Origin: a virus | Lineage: Duplodnaviria; Caudoviricetes | DNA: 46,961 nucleotides | IMG/VR virus record: IMGVR_UViG_3300014208_000533 | Span: 1 to 46,961 of that record | Reading direction: 5' to 3' (one strand) | Shown here: in pieces, positions 15,706 through 24,331 of the stretch | Position numbering within the stretch: the first letter of the stretch is position 1 | Layout: each line of letters opens with the position of its first letter | Made by a program: the position numbers and the translations under genes | Notes under the pieces: generated by a model | Seen by the model: the letters and a program-made list of their open reading frames with translations, nothing else | Told to the model about the DNA's origin: nothing | Databases searched by the model: none

Positions 15706-18624
15706 TCACCAGTTCGTCTCCTGCTTCTCCTGCCGAAGCAGTTTCAGATACCGTGCCCGACGCCACGCTGCGGAATCTGGTGCGACTTGCTCCTCTCGCA
15801 CGTTCATCACGTTCACCCTGTTCTGGTGATCCATGCCGAAATGCTGGTCACCAAACGACATGGATGCGTGCCATGCCAGGGCGTCCGAGATGCAGTTGTG
15901 GACAAGAACTCCCTGTGCGAAGTATTCCGGGATGTCAGCTACGCTCAGGTTGTAGACAGCGTGCCTTCCTGGAACGGGGAGGACGGATAGAACCATGGTA
16001 CGTATTCCCGCACTTATGGCTACAGAAGCGAGTTCTGGTCTTCCTCCACGACTCGTACTCACTGCCACACTGTTCGCATACGTGGACTCTCTTGCCTCCG
16101 CGGCGAATCTTTCGACTCTCGCACAAATGCTTCGTAGCACACTCTGGGCTGCAAAATCGTGTCTTCCGCTTTCTCCATGACTCGTACACGGACCCGCACT
16201 GCTCACACTTGTGCCGATATATCCTCTGGTGCGTGTGTCCGGCGAGGTTTTTGCCGTTTCCGTGGATTTTCCCGTGTTCTGACGGGGTAACGCATTCGAG
16301 ATTTTCGATGTCGTTGTTGAGAGGGTCGTGATCCCTGTGATGGCACTGATACCCTTCCGGAACAGGCCCATTGTGAAACTCCCAAATCGCGACATGAAGC
16401 GCGATCTTGTTTCCGTTTCCGGGCTTTCGACGCCCCCAAAAATACCGTTGCCGATGTTTTTGCTTAGCGTTGGGGTTTCGGTGATACTCTCTTCCATTGA
16501 ATACGATGGTTTCCGTGCTCGGGTCACACTGGTACACACGGCCTCGAAATTCTGACATGGGCGCACCTCGCATTCGGATTGTTGTTGGTACGCCAATAGT
16601 GTATCGCAACTCGTCAGCGATGACAAGAGACACCATCCTCTGTTTATTGTCCATACAGGATGATTTCCGGTTCCGACCAGCGAACGACCGTTTGATAACT
16701 GCACACTAAACACTGGCTCTTCGCCCGTCTTTCCACATGCGATCACTGGCCGCAAACCCTTCCTGGTCCAAACAAGGTCGCCCGGCTGCATCTGTTCAAT
16801 AGGTCGCTCTCCACAATCCGTCAGAATCATCGTCCCCGCGACAAAACAACGATCTCCGTGCGCCGCCCCCGCCCCGCTCGGGTCACTCTTGTTCTTCTCG
16901 GCAACATGGTACGGTTCGCCGTCTGCCCCCATCTGGTACTGCCGAAGCTCGTCAATCGAATCCTTGTCCGGATTGTCGAATCGCCCCTCCAGGAGTGCCT
17001 CCCGGTACGGGCCAAGCAGAAGGCTCCGCATGTAAGTCCAGTAGCCGGCCTTCCCGGAGTCGCGAGCGAACATAGAACTGTCTTTCGGCTTCCGCCGGTA
17101 GTAGTATTGGAAGTCGCTCCGCTCCACGCGGGTCTTGAACTCTCCTCCGTAGCCATTGGCTTCCCAGATCAGAAACCCCGGATCGCCATGATAGTCCACG
17201 AACCAGCGGCACAGAGCAATTGCGATTTCCGCCAGTTCGTAGGGCAGGATCACGGACGACGCGAAGCCGAGCACTTTCTGGCCGGTCCTCCGGTTCAGGA
17301 CGCTGATGCTCGAATTGCTGCTGCCCTCGCCGCCGGTTCCGGCTGCAACGTCCGCCCCCACGATGTACTCGCCCATCGGTGGCCGACCACGGATGTCCAG
17401 TTCGGTCCACAGCCGGAAACGTCCATCCACGTTCTCGGACCACTTCCCGATCAGGGTCTCCGGGTTGATGTGGAATTCCCCGAAGGCAGGACGACGGACG
17501 GACTGATTCAGTAGCCGGTTCACCAGGGCGTCGGCGAAGTACCGAGACACCGACGAACTGAAGTTCATGTCGTACTCTTGGGCGATCAGGACCGGCCCGG
17601 CACCGATACGAAGGCACTCAAAGTCGTACCATCGCGAACGGAACTTGTGGTTGGTCAGATCGTAGCCGCGTTCTTCGAGCTTGTTCCGAAGCGAAGCCCA
17701 GGAGTCTCGGTCGAGATATTCGGGGAACAGCGGCCCGTACAGCTTCTCGTCCACTGCGACCGGCTTGCCCTTCACGACCTGATACAGACCGCGGTTCTGG
17801 GTCGGATTGTCCCACCACGCCAGCCTGAGAACCGGCTCCTCGATCGAGTCATCGTGGATGATGTCGTGGAAAGCGCCGTCCTGGCCCTTCGGGGTCGAAA
17901 TGCAGATTCGGCACCGGGTGATAGGCTGCGTTGCGGCCATCGCATCCTTGTCGGCACCGCGTGGATGCTTGGCGTGCTCGTCCATGATGAAGACCAAGGC
18001 ACGGCCACCGGACGCGACGTCGCCCGTGCAAGCGTAGCCAGCCATGGCGGTAACGCCGTCCATTCGGAACAGGGTATGGTCGCTGTAGTTCCGGTTCCAG
18101 TCCTTCCGCTGCCTGCCAACCATCCAGTCGGGAAGCCGCTCCAGCAGCCAGTCGGCTTTCGGCATCAAGGCGTCCATGTCGCCCTTGCGATCCACCGCCG
18201 ACTCGTTCATGGAGACGAAGTTGCACTTCGACCCTGGCCGGAACAGCCAGAGCCATGTGCAGATCAGGATGACGATCCAACTCGCACCCTGTGCCCGAGA
18301 CTTCACAATCCGCAAGTCTCGCTTCCCCAGGACTTTCAGAATCCGATTGATGACCGGGATCTGATGCGGCCATGGCAGGAACGGAACTTCCGTCTTCAGG
18401 CCCGCCTCCTCGTCGACGCCACCGGCATCGTCGTCCAGGATGCGCGGCTCGAAGACGTAGGCGAAACCCATCGACCAGTACCAGAAGTCCTTCCTGCATC
18501 GGTCGAGAAGCTGGTTCTGGAACCGCTCGCTGCCGGCCGCCATCTTGAGCGTCTTGGCCCGCCACGCCGCGTTTTCGGCCGGATCGTCCGGAACCGTCGT
18601 GTAGTCGTACTTGCGGTCAACCAT
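15706..18624 (-). CDS. terL: terminase large subunit, intein-containing
   Basis: FLPWPHQ, KSRAQGASW (Walker A), FIMDEHA (Walker B), ISTPKG, GADVAAG, WEANG, HGDR|CISDALA nuclease motif; likely start MVDRKYDY at 18624. Confidence 0.92.
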   Translation of the reverse strand: MVDRKYDYTTVPDDPAENAAWRAKTLKMAAGSERFQNQLLDRCRKDFWYWSMGFAYVFEPRILDDDAGGVDEEAGLKTEVPFLPWPHQIPVINRILKVLGKRDLRIVKSRAQGASWIVILICTWLWLFRPGSKCNFVSMNESAVDRKGDMDALMPKADWLLERLPDWMVGRQRKDWNRNYSDHTLFRMDGVTAMAGYACTGDVASGGRALVFIMDEHAKHPRGADKDAMAATQPITRCRICISTPKGQDGAFHDIIHDDSIEEPVLRLAWWDNPTQNRGLYQVVKGKPVAVDEKLYGPLFPEYLDRDSWASLRNKLEERGYDLTNHKFRSRWYDFECLRIGAGPVLIAQEYDMNFSSSVSRYFADALVNRLLNQSVRRPAFGEFHINPETLIGKWSENVDGRFRLWTELDIRGRPPMGEYIVGADVAAGTGGEGSSNSSISVLNRRTGQKVLGFASSVILPYELAEIAIALCRWFVDYHGDPGFLIWEANGYGGEFKTRVERSDFQYYYRRKPKDSSMFARDSGKAGYWTYMRSLLLGPYREALLEGRFDNPDKDSIDELRQYQMGADGEPYHVAEKNKSDPSGAGAAHGDRCFVAGTMILTDCGERPIEQMQPGDLVWTRKGLRPVIACGKTGEEPVFSVQLSNGRSLVGTGNHPVWTINRGWCLLSSLTSCDTLLAYQQQSECEVRPCQNFEAVCTSVTRARKPSYSMEESITETPTLSKNIGNGIFGGVESPETETRSRFMSRFGSFTMGLFRKGISAITGITTLSTTTSKISNALPRQNTGKSTETAKTSPDTRTRGYIGTSVSSAGPCTSHGESGRHDFAAQSVLRSICARVERFAAEARESTYANSVAVSTSRGGRPELASVAISAGIRTMVLSVLPVPGRHAVYNLSVADIPEYFAQGVLVHNCISDALAWHASMSFGDQHFGMDHQNRVNVMNVREEQVAPDSAAWRRARYLKLLRQEKQETNW
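15895..16848 (-). mobile_element. intein (318 aa) in the TerL nuclease domain
   Basis: N-terminal CFVAGTMILT, block B GTGNHPVWT, C-terminal VYNLSV...YFAQGVLVHN followed by Cys+1. Confidence 0.93.
15935..16558 (-). CDS. HNH homing endonuclease nested out of frame inside the intein
   Basis: own RBS GAGGTG-5 nt-ATG; LHVAIWEFHNGPVPEGYQCHHRDHDPLNNDIENLECV..EH; two CEQCG...FCSxxC Zn-finger repeats. Confidence 0.88.
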   Translation of the reverse strand: MSEFRGRVYQCDPSTETIVFNGREYHRNPNAKQKHRQRYFWGRRKPGNGNKIALHVAIWEFHNGPVPEGYQCHHRDHDPLNNDIENLECVTPSEHGKIHGNGKNLAGHTHQRIYRHKCEQCGSVYESWRKRKTRFCSPECATKHLCESRKIRRGGKRVHVCEQCGSEYESWRKTRTRFCSHKCGNTYHGSIRPPRSRKARCLQPERS

Positions 18625-18994
18625 CCTTGCCGTTCTTCTTTTTGGGTGACTTTCTGATGGTACGCCAGTAGTGGACGTCGAATGTCCTTCGGCAACTCTT
18701 GCACCATGGAAAGTCTGTCTGCGGAAGAGTGCCAAGATCACGCGAACCACAGTACGGGCACCACTTCACCGGGTGCGGATTCTTAGACCACTTCTCCATC
18801 GCTTCTCCCTTGAATATCACGTAAGCAGTGTAGCCCAGGGCACCGGCGAGCTTCTGAATCGTCCTCCAGGTGGGCGAGACGCGGCCGGTCAGAATCTTCC
18901 AGAGGGCCGTGCGGTTGCAGTCGCCAACGTCGCCCGGATTCAGGCCCTCGGCTGCCAGGATTCGCTTGATTTCGCTTGCGGGATCTTTTTTCAT
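18617..18994 (-). CDS. XRE-type HTH regulator fused to a CxxC-CxxC Zn-ribbon
   Basis: RTALWKILTGRVSPTWRTIQKLAGALG (HTH); CPYCGS...CKSCRR; an internal GGAG-preceded ATG (MEKW) is possible. Confidence 0.75.
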   Translation of the reverse strand: MKKDPASEIKRILAAEGLNPGDVGDCNRTALWKILTGRVSPTWRTIQKLAGALGYTAYVIFKGEAMEKWSKNPHPVKWCPYCGSRDLGTLPQTDFPWCKSCRRTFDVHYWRTIRKSPKKKNGKDG

Positions 18995-19000
18995 GCCATC

Positions 19001-19044
19001 AGCCTACCATAGCTGTTGCATTTGTGCAACAGACGCGGTACAAT
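19001..19044. promoter_or_regulatory. divergent overlapping sigma70 promoters with a palindromic operator
   Basis: plus TTGCAT-17-TACAAT (19016-19044); minus TTGCAC-17-TAGGCT (19029-19001); perfect CTGTTGCA-N4-TGCAACAG at 19013-19032. Confidence 0.75.
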
Positions 19045-19157
19045 CACGGCGGTATGGCCAAAGTACCCGTGGGGCTAGGGACGTGCACCCCGAACCCCGG
19101 AAGCCTGACCGGCCCGCCCCACGCTCTTTCCTCTCAGGCACCAGAAAGGCACTGGAA

Positions 19158-20006
19158 ATGGAACCGCAGCCACTCAGCCGTGATGAAGTCAAGAAGCTCC
19201 TTCTCGCATGCAGGAACACCACTGTCGGGATCCGCGACCGGGCCGTCCTGACGCTCCTCTACCGCGGCTACATGCGGATCGCCGCCACGCTAGAGATCCG
19301 GCCGACCGACATCGACTGGGACCGGAATCTCGTCACGGTCCACTCCGACAAGGGCGGCAAGGGACGCACCGTCCCGATCGACGACGGGGCCATGAACGTC
19401 ATTCGCCTATGGGCGGAACGCCGGACGAAGCTCGGCATCAACGGCCACCATCCGTTCTTCTGCGCCACCGACAAGGACTGCCTGGGCAACGCCCTCAACT
19501 CCAGCCACTTCCGACGCAAGATCAAGACGCTGCAAGCCAAGGCCGGCATCGAGAAACGCTGCCACCTGCACGTACTCCGGCACACCGGGGCCTCGGAACT
19601 CCTGGAAGAGGGATTCGACATCGCCACCATCGCCGCCGTGCTCGGCCACGACAACATCTCGACCACGTCCCAGTACCTGCACCGGCTTCGGCCAGACGTG
19701 ATGGACGAGAAACTGAAGGCACGGGTCTGGAGCGATCTGGAAACCGTGAAATTCGAGAAACCGCCCATGACCGAATCAGCAGCGTTATCCGAACTCAAAC
19801 AGCACCTGACCGAACTCGGCCAGAAGTTCAACGAGGCCAACGAGGCCCACGCCGCCAACTACACGGCACTCCTCATCGCCCTCATGAACAAGGGCCTCAT
19901 CACGCTGGAAGACTACGAATTCGCCAGGACGAAGGCTATGCACCTGGCCGAGCAGGAGTTCGCCAGGAAACGGGATGAAATCCAGAAGGAGAATGAAACG
20001 CCATGA
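19158..20006 (+). CDS. tyrosine recombinase (catalytic domain only) with a helical C-terminal extension
   Basis: RDRAVLTLLYRGYMR, KGGKGRTVP, HVLRH, LGH, TTSQY: R-K-H-R-H-Y catalytic set. Confidence 0.9.
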   Translation: MEPQPLSRDEVKKLLLACRNTTVGIRDRAVLTLLYRGYMRIAATLEIRPTDIDWDRNLVTVHSDKGGKGRTVPIDDGAMNVIRLWAERRTKLGINGHHPFFCATDKDCLGNALNSSHFRRKIKTLQAKAGIEKRCHLHVLRHTGASELLEEGFDIATIAAVLGHDNISTTSQYLHRLRPDVMDEKLKARVWSDLETVKFEKPPMTESAALSELKQHLTELGQKFNEANEAHAANYTALLIALMNKGLITLEDYEFARTKAMHLAEQEFARKRDEIQKENETP

Positions 20007-20260
20007 CCGAACCGCTCCTCGAAAACGAGATGTCGTTGGCCTACAAAGAGCTTCTGCGAAAGGATTGCCTCGTCAGGTCAATGCACATGGCAGGAGTCCC
20101 GCTCCAGCAACAAGTGGTGGTCCTGTCGGCCACGCTAAAAACGATTCGTGAACAATACCTAGAACAGTCCATGCTGGTCCCGTTCCTGGTGAAAACCGAT
20201 AACGGACAAACACTCAGATGGGATCCGCCAAACGATAGACTCGAAGTGAGGAGCCTATAA
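20003..20260 (+). CDS. hypothetical protein
   Basis: 85 aa, ATGA overlap with the recombinase stop. Confidence 0.55.
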   Translation: MTEPLLENEMSLAYKELLRKDCLVRSMHMAGVPLQQQVVVLSATLKTIREQYLEQSMLVPFLVKTDNGQTLRWDPPNDRLEVRSL

Positions 20261-20340
20261 CCATCTTCGACCTCGCCAAGAACCTGCCCAAGAGCACCGC
20301 CTGGAAGTACCTCATCCTCAACAGCACCCATATCGAGGAA

Positions 20341-20613
20341 ATGCGGAAAGCCATCCAGGATGCATCAGACAAGTCCGCCGGGCTCGCCTCGGCCGCATAC
20401 TTGTTCGGCATCAACGTCATCCAGGAGGACGACCCGTCAACCAGGAAGTGCATGGCGGTCGCTATGTCCGCCACGTCCGGCCAGCCAGCCTGCTACGAGG
20501 ACCAAGACGGCAACCTGATCGTCGTCGAAATGCCGGCCAGCGAATCCTCGTTCGCTAGGTTCCTTAAGCCCAACCTAACCCAGCCCAGCCCAGCCAAGGA
20601 TTCCAGCCAGTGA
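20341..20613 (+). CDS. hypothetical protein (frame open from 20257)
   Basis: 90-aa ORF; C-ending codon bias continues upstream to an ATA at 20257. Confidence 0.55.
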   Translation: MRKAIQDASDKSAGLASAAYLFGINVIQEDDPSTRKCMAVAMSATSGQPACYEDQDGNLIVVEMPASESSFARFLKPNLTQPSPAKDSSQ

Positions 20614-21011
20614 AATTCAAAGACTACCTCGCCGCCATCACCAACTCGACCGGATCCATCCCCCTCCCGCACCTCCGCTGGATCATCCGCAAGAACACCC
20701 GCAATACGGCCAGGGAGGAAGCCATCGCCGCCGAGGTGCTCCGGCAGGCTAACCCCCGCGAGAATATCTCCGGCCACTTCGGCTGGGGCCCCGAAGAACA
20801 AACGGTCCTCCAGCAGCTCTGGATGAACCCCGGCCAGGAAGTCTCCGAGTGGCGGGACGTGCCCACCCACGACACCGCCAAACTCTTCTCCACCGAACAA
20901 ACCAAGTACGGACCCATGCCCGTACCAAACGCCATCGACCAGCCAGGACAAATCCACCACGCCGATTTCCACGAACGACTCAAGGAAATCCTCGGAGATG
21001 ACTTCGAGTAA
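20610..21011 (+). CDS. hypothetical protein
   Basis: 133 aa, GTGA overlap, strong C3 codon bias. Confidence 0.6.
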   Translation: MKFKDYLAAITNSTGSIPLPHLRWIIRKNTRNTAREEAIAAEVLRQANPRENISGHFGWGPEEQTVLQQLWMNPGQEVSEWRDVPTHDTAKLFSTEQTKYGPMPVPNAIDQPGQIHHADFHERLKEILGDDFE

Positions 21012-21918
21012 CCCGATCCCGACCAGCCACACACACAGCCACACACACCCAACCACCCCAACCCACACACCCAGCCCTGCCAGGCACCACACCAGCCCCG
21101 CAGGGCTTTCTCGTCGACACACACACCAACACCTAACCCCATGGCCCCGCAGGGAATCGATAGGGGGCAGATGGGTAAAGCCTGCGGCAGCAAGGGGACC
21201 CAAGCCTCCGGCGGAAATGAGGAAATGGATGGGAGGAAAGGTGGGCGAAAATGGCAAATGAGGCGGGTCAGCGAGAACAGTTAACCGCGACCCGCTCGCT
21301 CGCGAGCCGGTGGGGTCCTGGTAAAAAAGCGTGGCCGCGGGGGGCCCCAATGGCTCGCTAACCTGCCTGGTCGCCGGTCGAAGATGGCCAAGCTGTCACG
21401 CATCACCCCCAACTGGCTATGAACGGGCCCTGATGAGTCCTAGGACTGTTACGCTTCCCTATGGAACCGTTACACATGCCCTCGCGTAGCCTGCCATGCC
21501 CTGCCTGAGCACGCCCCCTCTGCTGCGAGCGTGTATAGGGTGCTATACAGTGTACAAATGAACGATGGTTGCGCAGCGGCTCACGTATCCTATACCTCGA
21601 CATGCACAATTCATCCTTCCCTCCCCTCTGTCTAGGCGATCTGCCTTGTTCTGCCCTGAGAATGCGTAGGCGTAATTGTGTCGCTGCCGCGGGCTGCGTG
21701 TGTGTCCTGGGTGTGCTGGTGGCTGGCGATCCTGCCGGAGGCTCTGGTGACTGAGGGCGCGCGCAGTAATAGGAGGGCGCGCGCAGGAGGCGGGGTGTGC
21801 TTGGCTGCCGCAGGCTGGGAGGGGATGAGCGGGGACTGGTGACCGAGGTCGGAATGCTCGCCGCAGGCGTGGCCCTTGACCGGAGTGCGCGCGCGTGGGG
21901 TGGCTGATTTCCGGGGGA

Positions 21919-22266
21919 TTACGGGTGTGCGGGCGGGAGATTCCCGGATTCCAAGGTGTCTAGTTTGGGGGCGGGCGGAAGCGGGAGCGGAATTTCGGAG
22001 ATTGTTTCTGGGGTAGCTGGTGGCTGGGCGCCGGGGTCTGGCTGGCCGATGAGGGGCAGGCCGGCGGCGGCTCGGCGGGTGTTGATCCAGGAGAGGACGG
22101 AGTCGAGATCGCGGGGGTTGTAGTGTTTGCGGGCTCCGTAGGCTCGGGCAGTGGCCAGGGTGAGGCCGGAGAGCTTGGCGATTAGGGAGTAGGTGATAGA
22201 GAGGAAGCGTCGCTCCCCGCGTGTCTTCTTGGTGTCCTGGTCCTTGTCCTTGGCTTCTGTTACCAT
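21919..22266 (-). CDS. hypothetical, possible HTH-like DNA-binding protein with a Pro-rich tail
   Basis: AAGGA RBS; TYSLIAKLSGLTLATARAY resembles a HTH; divergent from the early promoter. Confidence 0.55.
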   Translation of the reverse strand: MVTEAKDKDQDTKKTRGERRFLSITYSLIAKLSGLTLATARAYGARKHYNPRDLDSVLSWINTRRAAAGLPLIGQPDPGAQPPATPETISEIPLPLPPAPKLDTLESGNLPPAHP

Positions 22267-22302
22267 GTTCTCGATTCCTTGGCTTTAGCTGAATTTTGGG
22301 CA

Positions 22303-22330
22303 TTGACTATTCCGAAGAAGCCCATATACT
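22303..22330 (+). promoter_or_regulatory. sigma70-type early promoter
   Basis: TTGACT-16 nt-TATACT. Confidence 0.75.
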
Positions 22331-22352
22331 GATCATATCAGAACGCTCTACA

Positions 22353-22454
22353 GGTGGCAACCAAATGAGCACAACGACAGACAGACCTATCGCCCTGCTC
22401 GCTCCCCAATCTGCTGGTTGCCACCGCTCTATGGGGAGTGGGCGGGGCTTATTG
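22353..22454 (+). promoter_or_regulatory. attenuator-like leader RNA
   Basis: GGTGGCAACCA (22353-22363) is complementary to TGGTTGCCACC (22415-22425) in the loop of a 17-bp stem (with G-U pairs) followed by TTATT. Confidence 0.6.
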
Positions 22455-22469
22455 ATGAGAGGTGAGAAC

Positions 22470-22730
22470 ATGAGCCAGAACAACTCTTTCGACTTTGGGA
22501 TTCGGCTGCCCAACGGGGCAACGGTGATTCAGGCAAGGCGGATCGACATCGACGCGCATATCGTGCTTGCCCGGTTCGATAACGGGTATGTGACCTGGCA
22601 GGCGGATAACTCCGGCTGCACCTACTGGGGGCACTACTTCGGGGACACCGATTGCGACTTGGCTTGTGCCCTCCAGGACTTCCAGACGCGAGCAGCCGGC
22701 GCTTGCAGGCTCCATGAGGTGACGACGTGA
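22470..22730 (+). CDS. small early-type phage protein
   Basis: GAGGTGAGA RBS; YVTW...YWGHYF motif typical of small phage proteins. Confidence 0.7.
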   Translation: MSQNNSFDFGIRLPNGATVIQARRIDIDAHIVLARFDNGYVTWQADNSGCTYWGHYFGDTDCDLACALQDFQTRAAGACRLHEVTT

Positions 22731-22963
22731 CCAAGATCATTCACGCGTGCGACCGGGCGTTACAACTGATTGCCGATGGGCGGACTGACGTAGCCCCGGC
22801 TTGGGTCGAGGAGTTCGACGGGACCGTGCGAGAGGCCCGACGCGACATCTTCACGCTGTACGGCCGGCCTGAGCGGATCGACGGGCAGGTGTTCCGGTTC
22901 GATGGCTTCACGTTGACGGTTGTCGAGGATGAGGCGGCCGAGGTGGGCGAGGTGACGGGATGA
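22727..22963 (+). CDS. small hypothetical protein
   Basis: GAGGTG RBS, GTGA overlap. Confidence 0.65.
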   Translation: MTKIIHACDRALQLIADGRTDVAPAWVEEFDGTVREARRDIFTLYGRPERIDGQVFRFDGFTLTVVEDEAAEVGEVTG

Positions 22964-23154
22964 GCACCAGCGACCAGCGATTACTACCGATCGACGACGA
23001 CGAGACCCGGGCGAAGGTCGAGCAGGCCGAGGCCCGGGAGGAGTTTGAGCGGAGAAGATGGAAGGGTGGGCAGAAGCCGGCCAGGGGCAGGCAAGGGAAG
23101 CTGTTTGACCACCTGGACGATTTGCCGGACCAGAATTACCTATTTGGGGAATGA
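22960..23154 (+). CDS. small hypothetical protein
   Basis: GAGGTG RBS, ATGA overlap; RQGKLFD...QNYLF resemble clamp-binding QxxLF motifs. Confidence 0.6.
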   Translation: MSTSDQRLLPIDDDETRAKVEQAEAREEFERRRWKGGQKPARGRQGKLFDHLDDLPDQNYLFGE

Positions 23155-23753
23155 CCATGTGCAGCATATCAGACGGAAACGTGAAGCTGGGAACGATTCA
23201 CTCCTTGTCGCTCCCGCCGGTTCTGACCTGCAACCCTGACGCACCGTGCCGACGCAAGGGGCAGTGCTACGCTATCGCCATGACACGCTACGCCCCGGGT
23301 GTGGTCAAGGCATGGGGCGGGAATCTCGACCAGTGGCAGACCGACCCCGCGGGGTTTGAGGCCGAAATGATGGACTACTTCGAGGGGATCAACGCGCCGC
23401 GGTTCTTCCGGTGGTTTGTTGGCGGGGATGTATGCGATGGCGCATTCTGGCAGATGATTGTCAGGATAGCGGCCAAGTGCCCCGGTGTGCGGTTCTTGAT
23501 GTTCACCAAGCAATACGGGATTGTGGGCGGCCGGACTCCGGGGAACTTGCAAGTGGTCGCCAGTGGGTGGCCTGGCTTGCCGATTCCCCGACGCATTCGG
23601 CGGCAGTTTCGAGTGGCGTGGATGCGAGACGAGAAGAACCCCGACCCGCGGATTCCGGCCGACGCAATCGAGTGTCCCGGGCACTGCGACAAGTGCGGTA
23701 TGTGCTGGGACCTGGCGGCCATCGGGCGCGATGTTGTTTTCGAGAAACATTGA
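23151..23753 (+). CDS. GP88-like Cys-rich (putative Fe-S) phage protein
   Basis: SLSLPPVLTC..APC....CYA, FRWFVGGD, FLMFTK, C-terminal CPGHCDKCGMCW. Confidence 0.75.
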   Translation: MTMCSISDGNVKLGTIHSLSLPPVLTCNPDAPCRRKGQCYAIAMTRYAPGVVKAWGGNLDQWQTDPAGFEAEMMDYFEGINAPRFFRWFVGGDVCDGAFWQMIVRIAAKCPGVRFLMFTKQYGIVGGRTPGNLQVVASGWPGLPIPRRIRRQFRVAWMRDEKNPDPRIPADAIECPGHCDKCGMCWDLAAIGRDVVFEKH

Positions 23754-23778
23754 CAACCATTTGATGCGAGGTGAGACG

Positions 23779-24222
23779 ATGGGATACTGCTACACCAAGG
23801 GCGGCGGGTTGGTTTGTGATTCGTGTGATTCTGACGCGAACGTCAAGAAGCGGCATTGCCCGCACACGGTCGACGGTTTGCCGTACTGCCCCGCCCCCGC
23901 GCTCTGCAATGCGTGCTGGGAGAAGTACGGAAAGAACAAAATACACGCCGGATGCAAGGAGCCGGCCGCGGCGAGGCAACAGGAGATGGACGACGAACGG
24001 GCCGCAATCGACGGCGGCGCGTTGATCGTCACCACGGCATGGGGTGACTGGGATTCTTGCGTGCCGTCCGGTTTCGTGGGCGTGCTGTTCAGGGGCAAGG
24101 GCATTGACGCATTCCGTTTGATCCGCAAGACGGACTACGACCCCGGGCGAAAGAAGTATTTGAGCGATTACCCCGACGCCAGGATCTGGGAGGCGCCGCA
24201 CCCGGCCTGTTTTGTTGCTTGA
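23779..24222 (+). CDS. Zn-binding hypothetical protein
   Basis: GCGAGGTGAGA RBS; CDSC, CP..YC, CNAC, H..C. Confidence 0.7.
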   Translation: MGYCYTKGGGLVCDSCDSDANVKKRHCPHTVDGLPYCPAPALCNACWEKYGKNKIHAGCKEPAAARQQEMDDERAAIDGGALIVTTAWGDWDSCVPSGFVGVLFRGKGIDAFRLIRKTDYDPGRKKYLSDYPDARIWEAPHPACFVA

Positions 24223-24331
24223 CGATCACCCGCCGACTCCCCCGCCCTCCGGCTGGACGGTTGCCAGACCGGAGAACGGGCGCGCCGCTGGGCGAGCCAG
24301 AAACACTACCCTAATCATGCGAGGTGAGAGA

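Noticed and set aside
18625-18750. N-terminal extension of TerL given by the ORF track
   Set aside because: Overlaps the Zn-ribbon part of the HTH gene; the ATG at 18624 with a short overlap is more plausible
19068-19113. Branched stem structure upstream of the recombinase as a tRNA or attP site
   Set aside because: Too short, with no T-loop/D-loop consensus; an att site cannot be identified without the host sequence
20493-21350. Minus-strand ORFs with VWVGVVGCVW-type hydrophobic stretches
   Set aside because: Artefacts of the CA-rich low-complexity tract, antisense to better-supported plus-strand genes
21430-21450. CTGATGA-GTCC-TA-GGAC resembling a hammerhead ribozyme core and stem II
   Set aside because: The obligatory GAAA after stem II is absent (TGTT follows) and no stems I/III were found
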